Source: Pseudomonadota bacterium
Lineage (GTDB): Bacteria; UBA10199; 2-02-FULL-44-16; DYJF01
Assembly (NCBI GenBank): GCA_043823065.1
Contig: JBDRBB010000025.1
Location: forward strand, 276 to 64,275
Direction of reading: 5' to 3'
DNA length: 64,000 bases
A model generated the notes under the pieces. The model made no database searches. It worked only from the letters and a program-made list of their open reading frames with translations, and was not told where the DNA came from. This document shows positions 17,391 to 27,385 of the stretch, piece after piece (within the stretch, counting starts at the first letter, position 1; each line of letters begins with the position of its first letter). A program made the position numbers and the translations under genes.

Positions 17391-18644
17391 TTATTCATTA
17401 GTTTTACTTTGAAAAATTTCCCAGCTCTTTAAATAATCAAGAGCCACTTTGATTTGATAATCTTTGGTCAAGTCCTGGGGTGTTTCTGAAGTTGGCTCTT
17501 TTCCTTCTGGCGCTTCCAAATGCCCAACCAAAGCTTCCTCCCTAACCACGCCTTCTTTAAGCTCCACTTTTGGAGCTTTGGCTGGAACTTTAACATCTGG
17601 TTCAATTCCATGAGCCTGGATGGAACGTCCTTTTGGCGTAAAATAACGAGCTACAGTTAATTTTAATCCGCTGCCATCATCTAACTCCACCACGGTTTGC
17701 ACTGAACCTTTGCCAAAAGTTTTTGAACCAAAAATCATGGCTTGTTTATTATCTTGCAAGGCCCCAGCCACAATTTCAGAAGCAGAAGCTGAACCTTCAT
17801 CAACCAAAACAATCATGGGCACTTCAAATTTATCTCCTTCTTCAGAAGCTTGCACTCGATCAACTTCCTGGCCCCGACTTTCTGTGGTCACAATTATACC
17901 TTTTTTCAGGAACAAATTAGACACTGCCACTGCTTCATCTAAAAGCCCGCCAGGATTTTTGCGCAGATCCAAAATTAGACCATGCAAAGAATTTTCCTTT
18001 TGCAGCTTTTTCAAGGCTTTTTTAAGCTCCTTGGCTGTTCCTTCTTGAAAAGAGCTAATATGCACATAGACATAACCATCAATTCTTTCGGCGCGTACAC
18101 TAGGCACGTTAATGGCTTGACGCATAATCGTAAAATAATGAGGTTTTTTAGAACCCTCTCTAATAATGGTTAACTTAACTTTAGTGCCTCGCTTGCCCCG
18201 CATTTTGGTTATGGCCTCGGCAAGATCAGTATGTTCTGTGGATTGACCATTAATCCTGATAATTTTATCTCCTGGTTGAATACCAGCTCGATCTGCTGGA
18301 GTGCCAGAAATAGGGGCAATTACTGTGAGCACACCATCACGAATTGCAACTTCCAAACCTATGCCATCAAACCTGCCCTTGGTATCAACTTTGAGTTCCT
18401 TAAAAACTTCTGGAGACATGTAAACTGTATGAGGATCTAAGGTGCCCAGCATACCAGCAATAGCGCCTCTGATAACTTTTTCTTCATCAATTTCATCTAC
18501 ATAATTATCTTCCAGATAACTTAAAACTTTGGTAAATATATGCAAATTCTTAAAACCTTTTTCAGTTACGGCCCAAGAAGTGAGTGGAGCTAAAAAGATA
18601 GTTAGACTAAGCAAAATTAAGAAAAACCTTTTCAAGCTGTTCAT
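17391..18644 (-). CDS. ctpA: carboxyl-terminal processing (S41) peptidase
   Basis: Start moved to ATG 18644 (MNSLKRFF...) with SD agggggttt. There is a PDZ domain (GIQPGDKIIRING) and an S41 catalytic core (GSASASEI...K). The signal peptide is retained. Confidence 0.85.
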   Translation of the reverse strand: MNSLKRFFLILLSLTIFLAPLTSWAVTEKGFKNLHIFTKVLSYLEDNYVDEIDEEKVIRGAIAGMLGTLDPHTVYMSPEVFKELKVDTKGRFDGIGLEVAIRDGVLTVIAPISGTPADRAGIQPGDKIIRINGQSTEHTDLAEAITKMRGKRGTKVKLTIIREGSKKPHYFTIMRQAINVPSVRAERIDGYVYVHISSFQEGTAKELKKALKKLQKENSLHGLILDLRKNPGGLLDEAVAVSNLFLKKGIIVTTESRGQEVDRVQASEEGDKFEVPMIVLVDEGSASASEIVAGALQDNKQAMIFGSKTFGKGSVQTVVELDDGSGLKLTVARYFTPKGRSIQAHGIEPDVKVPAKAPKVELKEGVVREEALVGHLEAPEGKEPTSETPQDLTKDYQIKVALDYLKSWEIFQSKTNE

Positions 18645-18730
18645 TAAACCCCCTAAAAGATGGAAAACCCCTTGAAAAAACAAGAAGTTCACTAACATAA
18701 ACAACATGAAATGCAAGTGGAAATCAAAAA

Positions 18731-19546
18731 TTAAAAAGAGATATGCTTGACTTGGGGTAGGTCTTTTCCTAAAAATTTACTGGCAATGGTTTCAAAACGG
18801 GCAGGAAGATCTGTTACATAAATCTGATGTTCTGGAGTAAAATTTGTTTTAGCTAGAATTTGAAGATTTTTTTTCTCCAACATCTGGGCCAAAGCTTGAG
18901 CTGTAGCTTGCGCTGAATCAATAAGTTTTATTTCATTACCCACTACTTTGTTGATAACAGATTTTAAGACCGGATAATGGGTGCAACCTAAAACTAAAAC
19001 ATCAATATTTTCTGCTTTTATACCAGAAAGATATTTGCGTGCTACTAGCTCTGCCACATCATTATCAACCCAGCCTTCTTCAACTAGAGGCACAAAAAGA
19101 GGACAAGCCTGACTAACTACTTTTACTTGATCATCACATTCTTTTAAAGCTTTGCTATATGCTTCACTGGCAATTGTGGCTTGGGTGCCAATTACCCCAA
19201 TTACTTTATTATTGGTGGCAACCAAAGCTGCCTTAGCCCCTGGACGCACCACACCGATAATCGGCAATTCAAAATCTCTGGCCAAGGTTGGTAACGCCAA
19301 GGCTGAAGCTGTATTACAGGCAACAACTATGGCTTTAACCTGGCGATCTCTTAAAAACCTAGCATTTTCCAGAGAATAACGAATTACAGTTTCTGTAGAT
19401 TTAGAACCATACGGCACCCGGGCTGTATCGCCCAAATAAATCAAAGATTCTTGGGGTAAATGTTTTCTGATTTCCGCAAATACGGTCAAACCGCCTATGC
19501 CGGAATCAAAGATACCTATGGGTTTGTTTAAATCGGCATTATCCAT
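18731..19546 (-). CDS. murI: glutamate racemase
   Basis: IGIFDSGIGGLTV, VVACNTAS and LGCTHYP, the two-Cys racemase signature. Confidence 0.85.
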   Translation of the reverse strand: MDNADLNKPIGIFDSGIGGLTVFAEIRKHLPQESLIYLGDTARVPYGSKSTETVIRYSLENARFLRDRQVKAIVVACNTASALALPTLARDFELPIIGVVRPGAKAALVATNNKVIGVIGTQATIASEAYSKALKECDDQVKVVSQACPLFVPLVEEGWVDNDVAELVARKYLSGIKAENIDVLVLGCTHYPVLKSVINKVVGNEIKLIDSAQATAQALAQMLEKKNLQILAKTNFTPEHQIYVTDLPARFETIASKFLGKDLPQVKHISF

Positions 19547-19655
19547 GGGCCAGCGCTATAATGAATTGTTGAAAAGATAGCAATAGAAAAGACCTCTGCT
19601 CTTGACACATAACCCCTTGCCTCTGTAATATAGGAAACTTACATAGGAGGATTTT

Positions 19656-20351
19656 ATGGGAATTTTAGGTTTATTAGCTCAAGTTGAAACCGCACCAATT
19701 ACAGAAAATAATCACACCCTGGTATCTTTGTTTCTTGGCGCCAATTTTGTGGTGCAACTCACTATTATTCTGCTGGTTATTTTTTCTGTGGTTTCCTGGG
19801 CTATTATTGGCAGCAAACATCGTCAGCTAAAAAGAGATAAAGCCAGGGCCAACGATTTTTATAAACATTTCTGGCAGTCTAAAACCATTGAGCAGTTTGT
19901 AACCAAAGCCAAATTTCGCAGCAATCCTGCGTATAGCGTTTTCCGCACTGGCCTGGACAGTTTAAGAGAAAACCCAGACGCTGATAGCGCCATTACTGTG
20001 GAAAAAGAAATCAGACGCGCTACTGAAGATGAAATTGAACAAATGGAATATGGAGTTCCATTTTTAGCCACCACTGGTAGTGCTGCACCATTTATTGGTC
20101 TGTTTGGAACAGTCTGGGGAATCTTGCATGCTTTCTGGAAAATTGGTCGCACAGGGACATCCAGCTTAGCTGTAGTTGGTCCGCACATTGCCGAAGCTTT
20201 AATTGCCACGGCCATTGGCTTGGCTGCAGCTATTCCAGCTGTAATTTTTTATAATGTCTATACCAATAAAATTCGCATTATCTCTAAAGATCTGGAAAAC
20301 TTTTCCGAAGATTTAATTTCCAGATTAAATAAAGAATATTACAAAATATAA
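19656..20351 (+). CDS. tolQ: TolQ/ExbB-family proton channel protein
   Basis: Three-TM MotA/TolQ/ExbB topology, a conserved C-terminal TM pair, and first position in a tolQRAB-like cluster. Confidence 0.8.
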   Translation: MGILGLLAQVETAPITENNHTLVSLFLGANFVVQLTIILLVIFSVVSWAIIGSKHRQLKRDKARANDFYKHFWQSKTIEQFVTKAKFRSNPAYSVFRTGLDSLRENPDADSAITVEKEIRRATEDEIEQMEYGVPFLATTGSAAPFIGLFGTVWGILHAFWKIGRTGTSSLAVVGPHIAEALIATAIGLAAAIPAVIFYNVYTNKIRIISKDLENFSEDLISRLNKEYYKI

Positions 20352-20363
20352 GGGGAGTAACCT

Positions 20364-20801
20364 ATGCAAGTGCGCAACAACAATAACGGCAACAAAGATC
20401 GCCGTTTAGCATCAGAGATTAATATCACGCCTTTTGTAGATGTGGTCTTGGTTCTTTTAATTATCTTTATGGTCACTGCTCCCTTGCTGCAACAGGGACT
20501 GCCAGTGAATCTACCTGAAGCTGCAGCACCAGCTCTAAAACGCACTAAGGCTGACATCATTGTCACTATTCAACCTGGAGAAAAAGTTTTCATTGGCGAT
20601 GATCAGATCCAGATACCCATGGATGAGCTGCAAGGAAGATTAACCGCCATTTTTGAGGTTAAAGAACAGAAGGATTTATTTATTAAAGCTGACACTGACT
20701 TACTTTATGGAACAGTGATTAGAGTAATGTCTATTGCCAAAAAAGCTGGTGTAGAGCGCATTGGCATGATTACCCAACCTGAATTAACAGGCCGTTTATA
20801 A
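20364..20801 (+). CDS. tolR: TolR/ExbD-family protein
   Basis: INITPFVDVVLVLLIIFMVTAPL is the ExbD/TolR signature TM. 145 aa. Confidence 0.8.
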   Translation: MQVRNNNNGNKDRRLASEINITPFVDVVLVLLIIFMVTAPLLQQGLPVNLPEAAAPALKRTKADIIVTIQPGEKVFIGDDQIQIPMDELQGRLTAIFEVKEQKDLFIKADTDLLYGTVIRVMSIAKKAGVERIGMITQPELTGRL

Positions 20802-20817
20802 TTAATTTTTTAATTTA

Positions 20818-21672
20818 ATGATTCCTAAGGCGAACATCACTCAAACCCCGCCCCTGAAAAAATCGGTTTTTTTTTCGGCATTCATGCATTTTCTGTTGAT
20901 CATGGGTATAATTTTAATTCCTAATATTCGCCTGAAGGAAGAAAAATCAACCAGCGTGATTTGGGTGCAAATTCCCAAAGGAACCAGCTCAGATATTAAC
21001 TGGGGTATGCCTAAATCTGCAAATCTGCCTAGAAGCACGATTGAGCAGCAAAAAAACTTTAAGCCAGGCCAAGTGCCTAAAGACAGCACTGTTGGCAAAA
21101 CTACTGATAAAGCCAAAGAACCAAGCAAGAGCAAAATGACTCTGGCAGATAAAGCTAAAAAAACTGATATTAAAAAGGCTCCGCCCAAAAAAATATCTGC
21201 AGCAGACCGCAAAATTGCTGCGGCTCTAGCCATGATTGATAAAGATCTGGCTTCCAGACAAACCATGGAAGGAGCTCCACCTGAAGCTGCTCAAGTTGAC
21301 GATAGTGGAGAAGGTTATATTTACGGCACTGGCACTGAACCTGTGCGCGTGGCACCAGATGATGTTGAATATATTGAATATCAAGCCAAGATTAGAGCCT
21401 TAATAATCCAGGAGTGGGTGTTACCCTTGCGTTATGTTGAAGAAGGAGCAGCTCCGCGCAAATGTATTTTGGAAGTAATGATTAATCAAGACGGTTATGT
21501 TTTTTCCACTAAATGGAACAAACCCAGCGGGGATAATACCTTTGATGCTTCTGCCTTGCGCGCAGTAAAAAAATCTTCTCCCTTTCCAAAACCACCAGAA
21601 CGCTTGGCTTGGGAAGCTTATAATGAAGGTTTTCTCATTGAATTTGACCCTCGACTTAAACCGCAATACTAG
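20818..21672 (+). CDS. tolA: TolA/TonB-like energy-transducing protein (TonB C-terminal domain)
   Basis: N-terminal TM anchor, a Lys/Pro/Ala-rich linker, and a C-terminal TonB_C-like domain (YQAKIRALIIQEWVLP...). Third position in the tol cluster. Confidence 0.6.
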   Translation: MIPKANITQTPPLKKSVFFSAFMHFLLIMGIILIPNIRLKEEKSTSVIWVQIPKGTSSDINWGMPKSANLPRSTIEQQKNFKPGQVPKDSTVGKTTDKAKEPSKSKMTLADKAKKTDIKKAPPKKISAADRKIAAALAMIDKDLASRQTMEGAPPEAAQVDDSGEGYIYGTGTEPVRVAPDDVEYIEYQAKIRALIIQEWVLPLRYVEEGAAPRKCILEVMINQDGYVFSTKWNKPSGDNTFDASALRAVKKSSPFPKPPERLAWEAYNEGFLIEFDPRLKPQY

Positions 21673-21707
21673 GGTATAGGATATGCGGGAATAACTAAAT
21701 ATGGAGG

Positions 21708-23018
21708 TTGTTTGTGATAAAGATAGTAAAGTTTATTTTTATACTTGGTTTACTTTTTTTCAGTTTACCTGCTTTGGCTAGAATTTATATTCCAATTGAT
21801 CAACCATCAGATCAAAAATTTCCAATTGCTATTTGCAACTTAAATGGCCCAAGCAGCATGACCAAGACAGTTGCTGATGTTATTCGCAATGATCTTGATC
21901 TATCTGGTTATTTTAAAATCATTTCACCTGAAATTTTCAAGGACGTATCTAAAACCGAAGGACTAAGTCCGGACAGTATTCGTTTTAGTTTTTGGACCGC
22001 CCTTGAAACCCAAGGATTGGTAAAAGGTTCCATTAATAAAGATGACGATAATTATGTTGTAGATCTTAGGTTATATGATCCTTATTTAGAATCAATGTTA
22101 GTGGGCAAAGAATATACTTTTCCAAAGAAAGAAATGAAATCTGCCCTGCGTGAAATTGCTCATCGCTTTTCAGATGAAATCATGGAAGCCCTAACTGGCA
22201 TTCACGGTATCTTTAATACCAAGATCGCTTACACTGCAGTTACTGGCAAGGGCAAAAAAGAAATTTTCATCATGGATATGGATGGTGAAAATGTTTCGCA
22301 AGTCACTAATTTAAAATCCATAAGCCTTAGCCCAACCTGGTCTCCTGATGGTGGGTATCTAGCTTTTACCTCTTACGCTCGCGGCAATCCAGATCTTTAC
22401 AAGATTCAAACCAATGGCAAGGGCTTAAAACAATTAGTCGGCGGCCAGGGCAGCAAAATTACACCTTCCTGGTCTCCTAACGGCCAGTTTCTGGCCTTTT
22501 CTGGAGCAATAAAAGATGGTGATGCCGAGCTTTACACCATGGCCATGCCATCTGAAAAAAAGGTGCACCGTTTAACCAAAGCAGATGCCATTGATATTGC
22601 CCCAACCTGGTCGCCAGGAAGCAATCAAATTGCCTTTGCTTCAGAAAGACTGGGTAATTTGCATTTATTTAAAATGAATGCAAATGGTGGCGCTATCCAA
22701 AGATTAACTTTTGTAGGTTATCAAAACGACATGCCCAATTGGTCACCCAAAGGAGATAAAATTGCTTTTGCCGGCCGGGATATGGGCACGTTTGATATTT
22801 TTATCATGAATCCTGATGGCTCTAATATTCAGCGTTTGACAATTGCCAGCGGCAGCAATGAACATCCTGCCTGGTCACCAGATGGCAGATTTATTACGTT
22901 TAGCTCTACTCGCGATGGAGGAAATGCCATCTATATTATGCGTGCTGATGGCAGCAATCAGCGTAGAGTATCAAAAGGAAACGGCATTTTGCCGGAATGG
23001 GGGCCTCGAGTTAAATAA
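21708..23018 (+). CDS. tolB: Tol-Pal system beta-propeller protein TolB
   Basis: Signal peptide, a TolB N-domain, and repeated SPDG/SWSP(D/N)G beta-propeller blades. Confidence 0.85.
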   Translation: MFVIKIVKFIFILGLLFFSLPALARIYIPIDQPSDQKFPIAICNLNGPSSMTKTVADVIRNDLDLSGYFKIISPEIFKDVSKTEGLSPDSIRFSFWTALETQGLVKGSINKDDDNYVVDLRLYDPYLESMLVGKEYTFPKKEMKSALREIAHRFSDEIMEALTGIHGIFNTKIAYTAVTGKGKKEIFIMDMDGENVSQVTNLKSISLSPTWSPDGGYLAFTSYARGNPDLYKIQTNGKGLKQLVGGQGSKITPSWSPNGQFLAFSGAIKDGDAELYTMAMPSEKKVHRLTKADAIDIAPTWSPGSNQIAFASERLGNLHLFKMNANGGAIQRLTFVGYQNDMPNWSPKGDKIAFAGRDMGTFDIFIMNPDGSNIQRLTIASGSNEHPAWSPDGRFITFSSTRDGGNAIYIMRADGSNQRRVSKGNGILPEWGPRVK

Positions 23019-23956
23019 TGTTTGCTACCATAGACATAGGCTCTAATTCTACTTTGCTTTTGATTGGTGAAGTTTTGCCAGACGGGCAGATTGCTATCAA
23101 AACTGACCTGGCTAAAATTAACCGCCTGGGTGAAGGTGTTGCCCAGACTGAAAAACTTCAACCCATAGCAATTTTACGCACTATTGAAGTGCTTAAAGAA
23201 TATCGTGAACTTTGCAATAATAATGAAGTTAGCCAGGTAATTGCTGTGGGCACTCAGGCCTTGCGCACAGCCACCAATGCCAAGGAATTTGTCAGCCAAA
23301 TCAAAAAAGAGCTTGGCCTTGAAATAGAAATTCTCTCTGCAAAAAATGAAGCTTGGTACACATATATAGCTTGCGCCAAAGATTTTGGGGAAGATATTTT
23401 AGTCTGTGATATTGGCGGCGGATCCACAGAATTAATCTGGGGCAATTTTGGCAATAGAGATAAAACCAGTGAAAAATGTCACTTTCTGAGCGCTTCTCTT
23501 GGCTGTGTGGCCTTAACCGAACGCTTGGTGCAAACAGACCCTATTTCTGCAGAAGATTTTCATCTTTTGCGCGTAACTATTGATGAGCAATTAAATAAAT
23601 CTTTAAACACCAATGTCTATCGTCATGCGAAAAAATTAGTAGCCACTGCTGGCACAGCCACCACCCTGGCCAGCATCTATAAAAAATTAACAACCTATGA
23701 TCACCAAAAAGTTCATGGCACAAACATTGAAATGCTAGACTTGCAGGTAATTTTAGATAACTTGAAAGCCAGGTCTGTTTTGGAAAGAGCCAAAATGCCT
23801 GGGATGCAAAAAGGTAGAGAAGACGTGCTTTTAGCTGGAACTTTAATCTTAGATAGAATCATGCGCCGCTTTGGTTATGATAATGTAACTTTTTCCGACC
23901 GGGGCCTACGCTGGGGTTTGTTTTACGAACACTTTCTGCCAAAAACTAGTTCTTAA
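23018..23956 (+). CDS. Ppx/GppA-family phosphatase (exopolyphosphatase / guanosine pentaphosphate phosphohydrolase)
   Basis: MFATIDIGSNSTLLLIG and CDIGGGSTE, the ASKHA-fold Ppx/GppA motifs. One nucleotide overlaps the tolB stop (TAATG). Confidence 0.7.
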   Translation: MFATIDIGSNSTLLLIGEVLPDGQIAIKTDLAKINRLGEGVAQTEKLQPIAILRTIEVLKEYRELCNNNEVSQVIAVGTQALRTATNAKEFVSQIKKELGLEIEILSAKNEAWYTYIACAKDFGEDILVCDIGGGSTELIWGNFGNRDKTSEKCHFLSASLGCVALTERLVQTDPISAEDFHLLRVTIDEQLNKSLNTNVYRHAKKLVATAGTATTLASIYKKLTTYDHQKVHGTNIEMLDLQVILDNLKARSVLERAKMPGMQKGREDVLLAGTLILDRIMRRFGYDNVTFSDRGLRWGLFYEHFLPKTSS

Positions 23957-24838
23957 AGGCAGGGGCACACCCACCATTACCAACCATACGCCCATAAAAA
24001 TAAGCACCACACCAAACCAGGTATAATAATGGGGAATAGCTGCAAAAATCAGCCAATCTAAAAAAACTGCTAAAACAACTTCCAAAAAAATTGAAACAGT
24101 GCTGGCTACAGCACCAATTCTTTTTAACAACCAATAATAGGAACCTAGCGCAATGATTGAACCAAAAATTGCCAAATAAAAAATTGCAGCCAAGGCTTGC
24201 CAATTAGCTAACCCTTGCAAAAATTTTGTGGGCGATTCGATTAATAAGCCTGCGCTGATTAACATTGGACAAGCAAAAGCCATTTGAAAAAACAAACATT
24301 TAGAAACTGAAATATGACCAGTATATTTTTTCAAATAAACAGTGGCTATTGAACAAACCAGCATGGCCATGATTAAAGCCAGGTTGCCTTTTAAACTGCC
24401 AACTCCTGCTATTAAAGCAGGATAAAAAATAAAACTTACACCTGCAAAACCAACAATCACCCCCAACAACTTAGCGCTGGTTAATTTCTCGAAACTTTTT
24501 AGCAAATAGGAAATAGGAAAAATAGCCAAAGGCAAGGCACACATGATAATCGCGCCCATGGCAGAATTGGTGTATTGCTCTCCCCAGCTCACCAAACTAA
24601 AGGGTAAAGCAATGCCAAACACGCTTAAAAATAAAATTGGCTTGACCTCAGACTTGACCAACCTAAGGGGAACTTTTTTGGCCAGCAAAACTAAGCCTAA
24701 AATGATGGTGGCTGCCAAAAACCGGGATGCAGTGAATAAAATCGGCGATAAGCTCTCTACACCGAATTTAATGGCCAACCAGGTTGTGCCCCAAACCAAG
24801 CACATTACTATATATAAAAATACCACCTTTGCTTGCAT
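23906..24838 (-). CDS. EamA/DMT-family transporter
   Basis: Ten TM helices arranged as two EamA repeats. 310 aa. Confidence 0.65.
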   Translation of the reverse strand: MQAKVVFLYIVMCLVWGTTWLAIKFGVESLSPILFTASRFLAATIILGLVLLAKKVPLRLVKSEVKPILFLSVFGIALPFSLVSWGEQYTNSAMGAIIMCALPLAIFPISYLLKSFEKLTSAKLLGVIVGFAGVSFIFYPALIAGVGSLKGNLALIMAMLVCSIATVYLKKYTGHISVSKCLFFQMAFACPMLISAGLLIESPTKFLQGLANWQALAAIFYLAIFGSIIALGSYYWLLKRIGAVASTVSIFLEVVLAVFLDWLIFAAIPHYYTWFGVVLIFMGVWLVMVGVPLPLRTSFWQKVFVKQTPA

Positions 24839-24934
24839 AGGTTGGAGCTATTCCACACAATAATAATAAACACAATCTTATATATAGGCTTGGCATTTCC
24901 TGCTTAAAAGCATAAAATTAAAAAACTATTTCTT

Positions 24935-26674
24935 ATGAATGAACAACCTCAAAGCAATAAGTGGATTTTTATTATCTTAATCTTGGCTACTGCTGCCCTA
25001 TTTCTGGAATATGGCATCCCCACCACCAGGCCAATTAGAATTGCCATTCATGTCCTAGATTTTAGCGTACTTATTCTTTTCATATTTGAGATGGCCTTGC
25101 GCCTGATTCAAGCCAGATATAAATCCAATTTTCTGAAGCGTCATTGGTTTGACGTGCTATTTTTAATCTTTTTCACCACCCTCTTTTTATATAGCAAATA
25201 TCACACTCTGCTCTTGGAATATAACAAACTGGAAAATCTATCCATAAAAGTCATTTTTGCCAGAAATTTATTTTTGGCTCTAAAAATATTTATCCGCTTT
25301 AATAAATTAAATTACTTTTTTACAGAATTTACCAAAAACCCAGCTCAAACCATGGTGCTCAGTTTTTTATTTTTGATTTCAGTGGGCACCTTGTTCTTAA
25401 TGATGTCTTTTACTACTGCTGATAAAACACATTTAGGTTTCTTAGACGCTTTGTTTACAGCTACTTCTGCGGTTTGCGTAACCGGCTTAATAGTGGTGGA
25501 TACTGCCACCCGCTTTTCATTTTGGGGCCAACTTGTAATTATGTGTCTGATTCAAGCAGGCGGCTTAGGTATTATGATGTTTACTTACACCACAGCTTTT
25601 ATTTTGGGCCGGCGTCTAACCTTAAAAGAAAAAATTGCGCTTTCCTATATGCTCAATGAAAACGATATGCGTAAGCTTTATAGTTCAATTATAAAAATTG
25701 TGGGCATGACTTTTTTAATTGAAGCAATAGGCATGGTTTTCCTGTTTTCAGCTTTTCAAAAACAATTTGGCCTGTCTAGCAAAACAATTTTCTTTTCCGC
25801 ATTTCACGCAATTTCAGCTTTTTGCAATGCTGGCTTTGCTTTATTCACCACCAGCCTGGAAGCTTTTAAATCAAACAGCCTCATTAATCTCACTGTTGCT
25901 TTTTTAATTATTCTGGGTGGCATAAGTTTCCCTGTGCTGATGAATCTTTTTCAACATTTTAAAAGCAAGTTTTATCTTAAATATCTTAGAAAACCTTATG
26001 CTAGAACAAATTTAAACATGAACACCAAATCTGTGTTAGTTACTTCTCTGGTTTTGATTATTGCTGGCACCTTATTAATTTACGGTTTTGAACATAAAAC
26101 CGATTTGATAAATTATGATCTTAAAACCCAGTACTTGGCTGCTTTTTTTCAATCCGTCACGCTTAGAACAGCGGGGTTCAATACTTTAGACATTGCTCAT
26201 CTGCAGCTGCCAACCTATTTGCTGATGCTGCTTTTCATGTTTATTGGCGGAGCTGCTGGCTCAACTGCTGGCGGTATTAAAGTTAATTCTTTAGCTGTCA
26301 TTTATTCTTATATTCGTGCTGTGATCAAGAATCAGTATAGCGTGGTGCTTTACGGTCATTTTTTGCAAAAATATTTGGTAAGTCGTGCCTTGTTAATTGT
26401 TATTTTAGCATCCCTGGCTATTTTTACTGGCACTATCATTTTAAGCATTACTGAGGCCACATCTTTTATGAACATTTTATTTGAAGTGGTCTCAGCCTTT
26501 GGTACTGTTGGTTTATCCACAGGTATAACCTCTGCTTTGACGAGTATTGGCAAATCAGTCATTATTATTATGATGTTTTTGGGCAGACTTGGTCCATTAA
26601 CCATCATGGCTGCTTTTGCTGCCAAGAAAACATTTCAACCCAAATATCCTGAAGGCGAAATTAATTTGGGTTAA
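24935..26674 (+). CDS. ktrB: TrkH/KtrB-family potassium transporter with an N-terminal extension
   Basis: SAFCNAGF and RTAGFNT motifs plus GG-containing pore loops. It is followed by a TrkA-N gene. It has about 100 extra N-terminal residues with two or three TM helices. Confidence 0.75.
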   Translation: MNEQPQSNKWIFIILILATAALFLEYGIPTTRPIRIAIHVLDFSVLILFIFEMALRLIQARYKSNFLKRHWFDVLFLIFFTTLFLYSKYHTLLLEYNKLENLSIKVIFARNLFLALKIFIRFNKLNYFFTEFTKNPAQTMVLSFLFLISVGTLFLMMSFTTADKTHLGFLDALFTATSAVCVTGLIVVDTATRFSFWGQLVIMCLIQAGGLGIMMFTYTTAFILGRRLTLKEKIALSYMLNENDMRKLYSSIIKIVGMTFLIEAIGMVFLFSAFQKQFGLSSKTIFFSAFHAISAFCNAGFALFTTSLEAFKSNSLINLTVAFLIILGGISFPVLMNLFQHFKSKFYLKYLRKPYARTNLNMNTKSVLVTSLVLIIAGTLLIYGFEHKTDLINYDLKTQYLAAFFQSVTLRTAGFNTLDIAHLQLPTYLLMLLFMFIGGAAGSTAGGIKVNSLAVIYSYIRAVIKNQYSVVLYGHFLQKYLVSRALLIVILASLAIFTGTIILSITEATSFMNILFEVVSAFGTVGLSTGITSALTSIGKSVIIIMMFLGRLGPLTIMAAFAAKKTFQPKYPEGEINLG

Positions 26675-26692
26675 TTTTGATGAGGGGGTCTC

Positions 26693-27385
26693 ATGGCTAA
26701 AGAAAGAGTGTTTGCAGTATTTGGTTTGGGAACGTTTGGCTTTGAAGTCAGCCGAGTGCTGGCTGAAAAAGGCGGCAAAGTAATTGTCGTAGATAAAGAT
26801 GCCGAACTAATTGAAAAAACAAAAAATATTGTCACCCAAGCAGTGCTCATTGACTGCACAGATGAAGAAGCCCTAAAAAATTTAGGGCTTGATGAAATTG
26901 ATATTGCAGTTGTAGCTATTGGCGAAGATTTAAATGCCAGCATTTTAACTACTGCTCTTTTAAGCAAACTTGGCGTGCCCTATATTATTTCTCGGGCTAT
27001 TACTGATATTCACGCCCAAGTTTTAAAACAAGTCGGAGCAACTGAAATTATTAACATTGAAATCAATGAAGGCCAAGAACTTGCCAATCGCATACTTTAT
27101 CCTGATATTTTAGAAAATATTCCTATTTCAGATGAGCTAAAACTGGTGGAAATTGTCACTCCAGAAAATTTTGTAGGCAAAGCCCTTAAAAATCTAGATT
27201 TGCGAAAAAAATTTAATGTTAACGTTATATCTGTAAAACGCTCACACACGGAAATTGATGATATGGGCAACCCAACTTCTGAAGAAATTGTTTTTGCGCC
27301 AACACCCAACGATATTTTGCAACAAAACGATATTATGGTTTTAATCGGCTCTGACCTGTCTATTAACAGCTTGAGAGGTGCCTGA
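26693..27385 (+). CDS. ktrA: TrkA/KtrA potassium-uptake regulatory subunit (RCK domain)
   Basis: VFGLGTFG...VVDKD Rossmann (TrkA-N) plus a TrkA-C domain. 230 aa. Confidence 0.8.
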   Translation: MAKERVFAVFGLGTFGFEVSRVLAEKGGKVIVVDKDAELIEKTKNIVTQAVLIDCTDEEALKNLGLDEIDIAVVAIGEDLNASILTTALLSKLGVPYIISRAITDIHAQVLKQVGATEIINIEINEGQELANRILYPDILENIPISDELKLVEIVTPENFVGKALKNLDLRKKFNVNVISVKRSHTEIDDMGNPTSEEIVFAPTPNDILQQNDIMVLIGSDLSINSLRGA

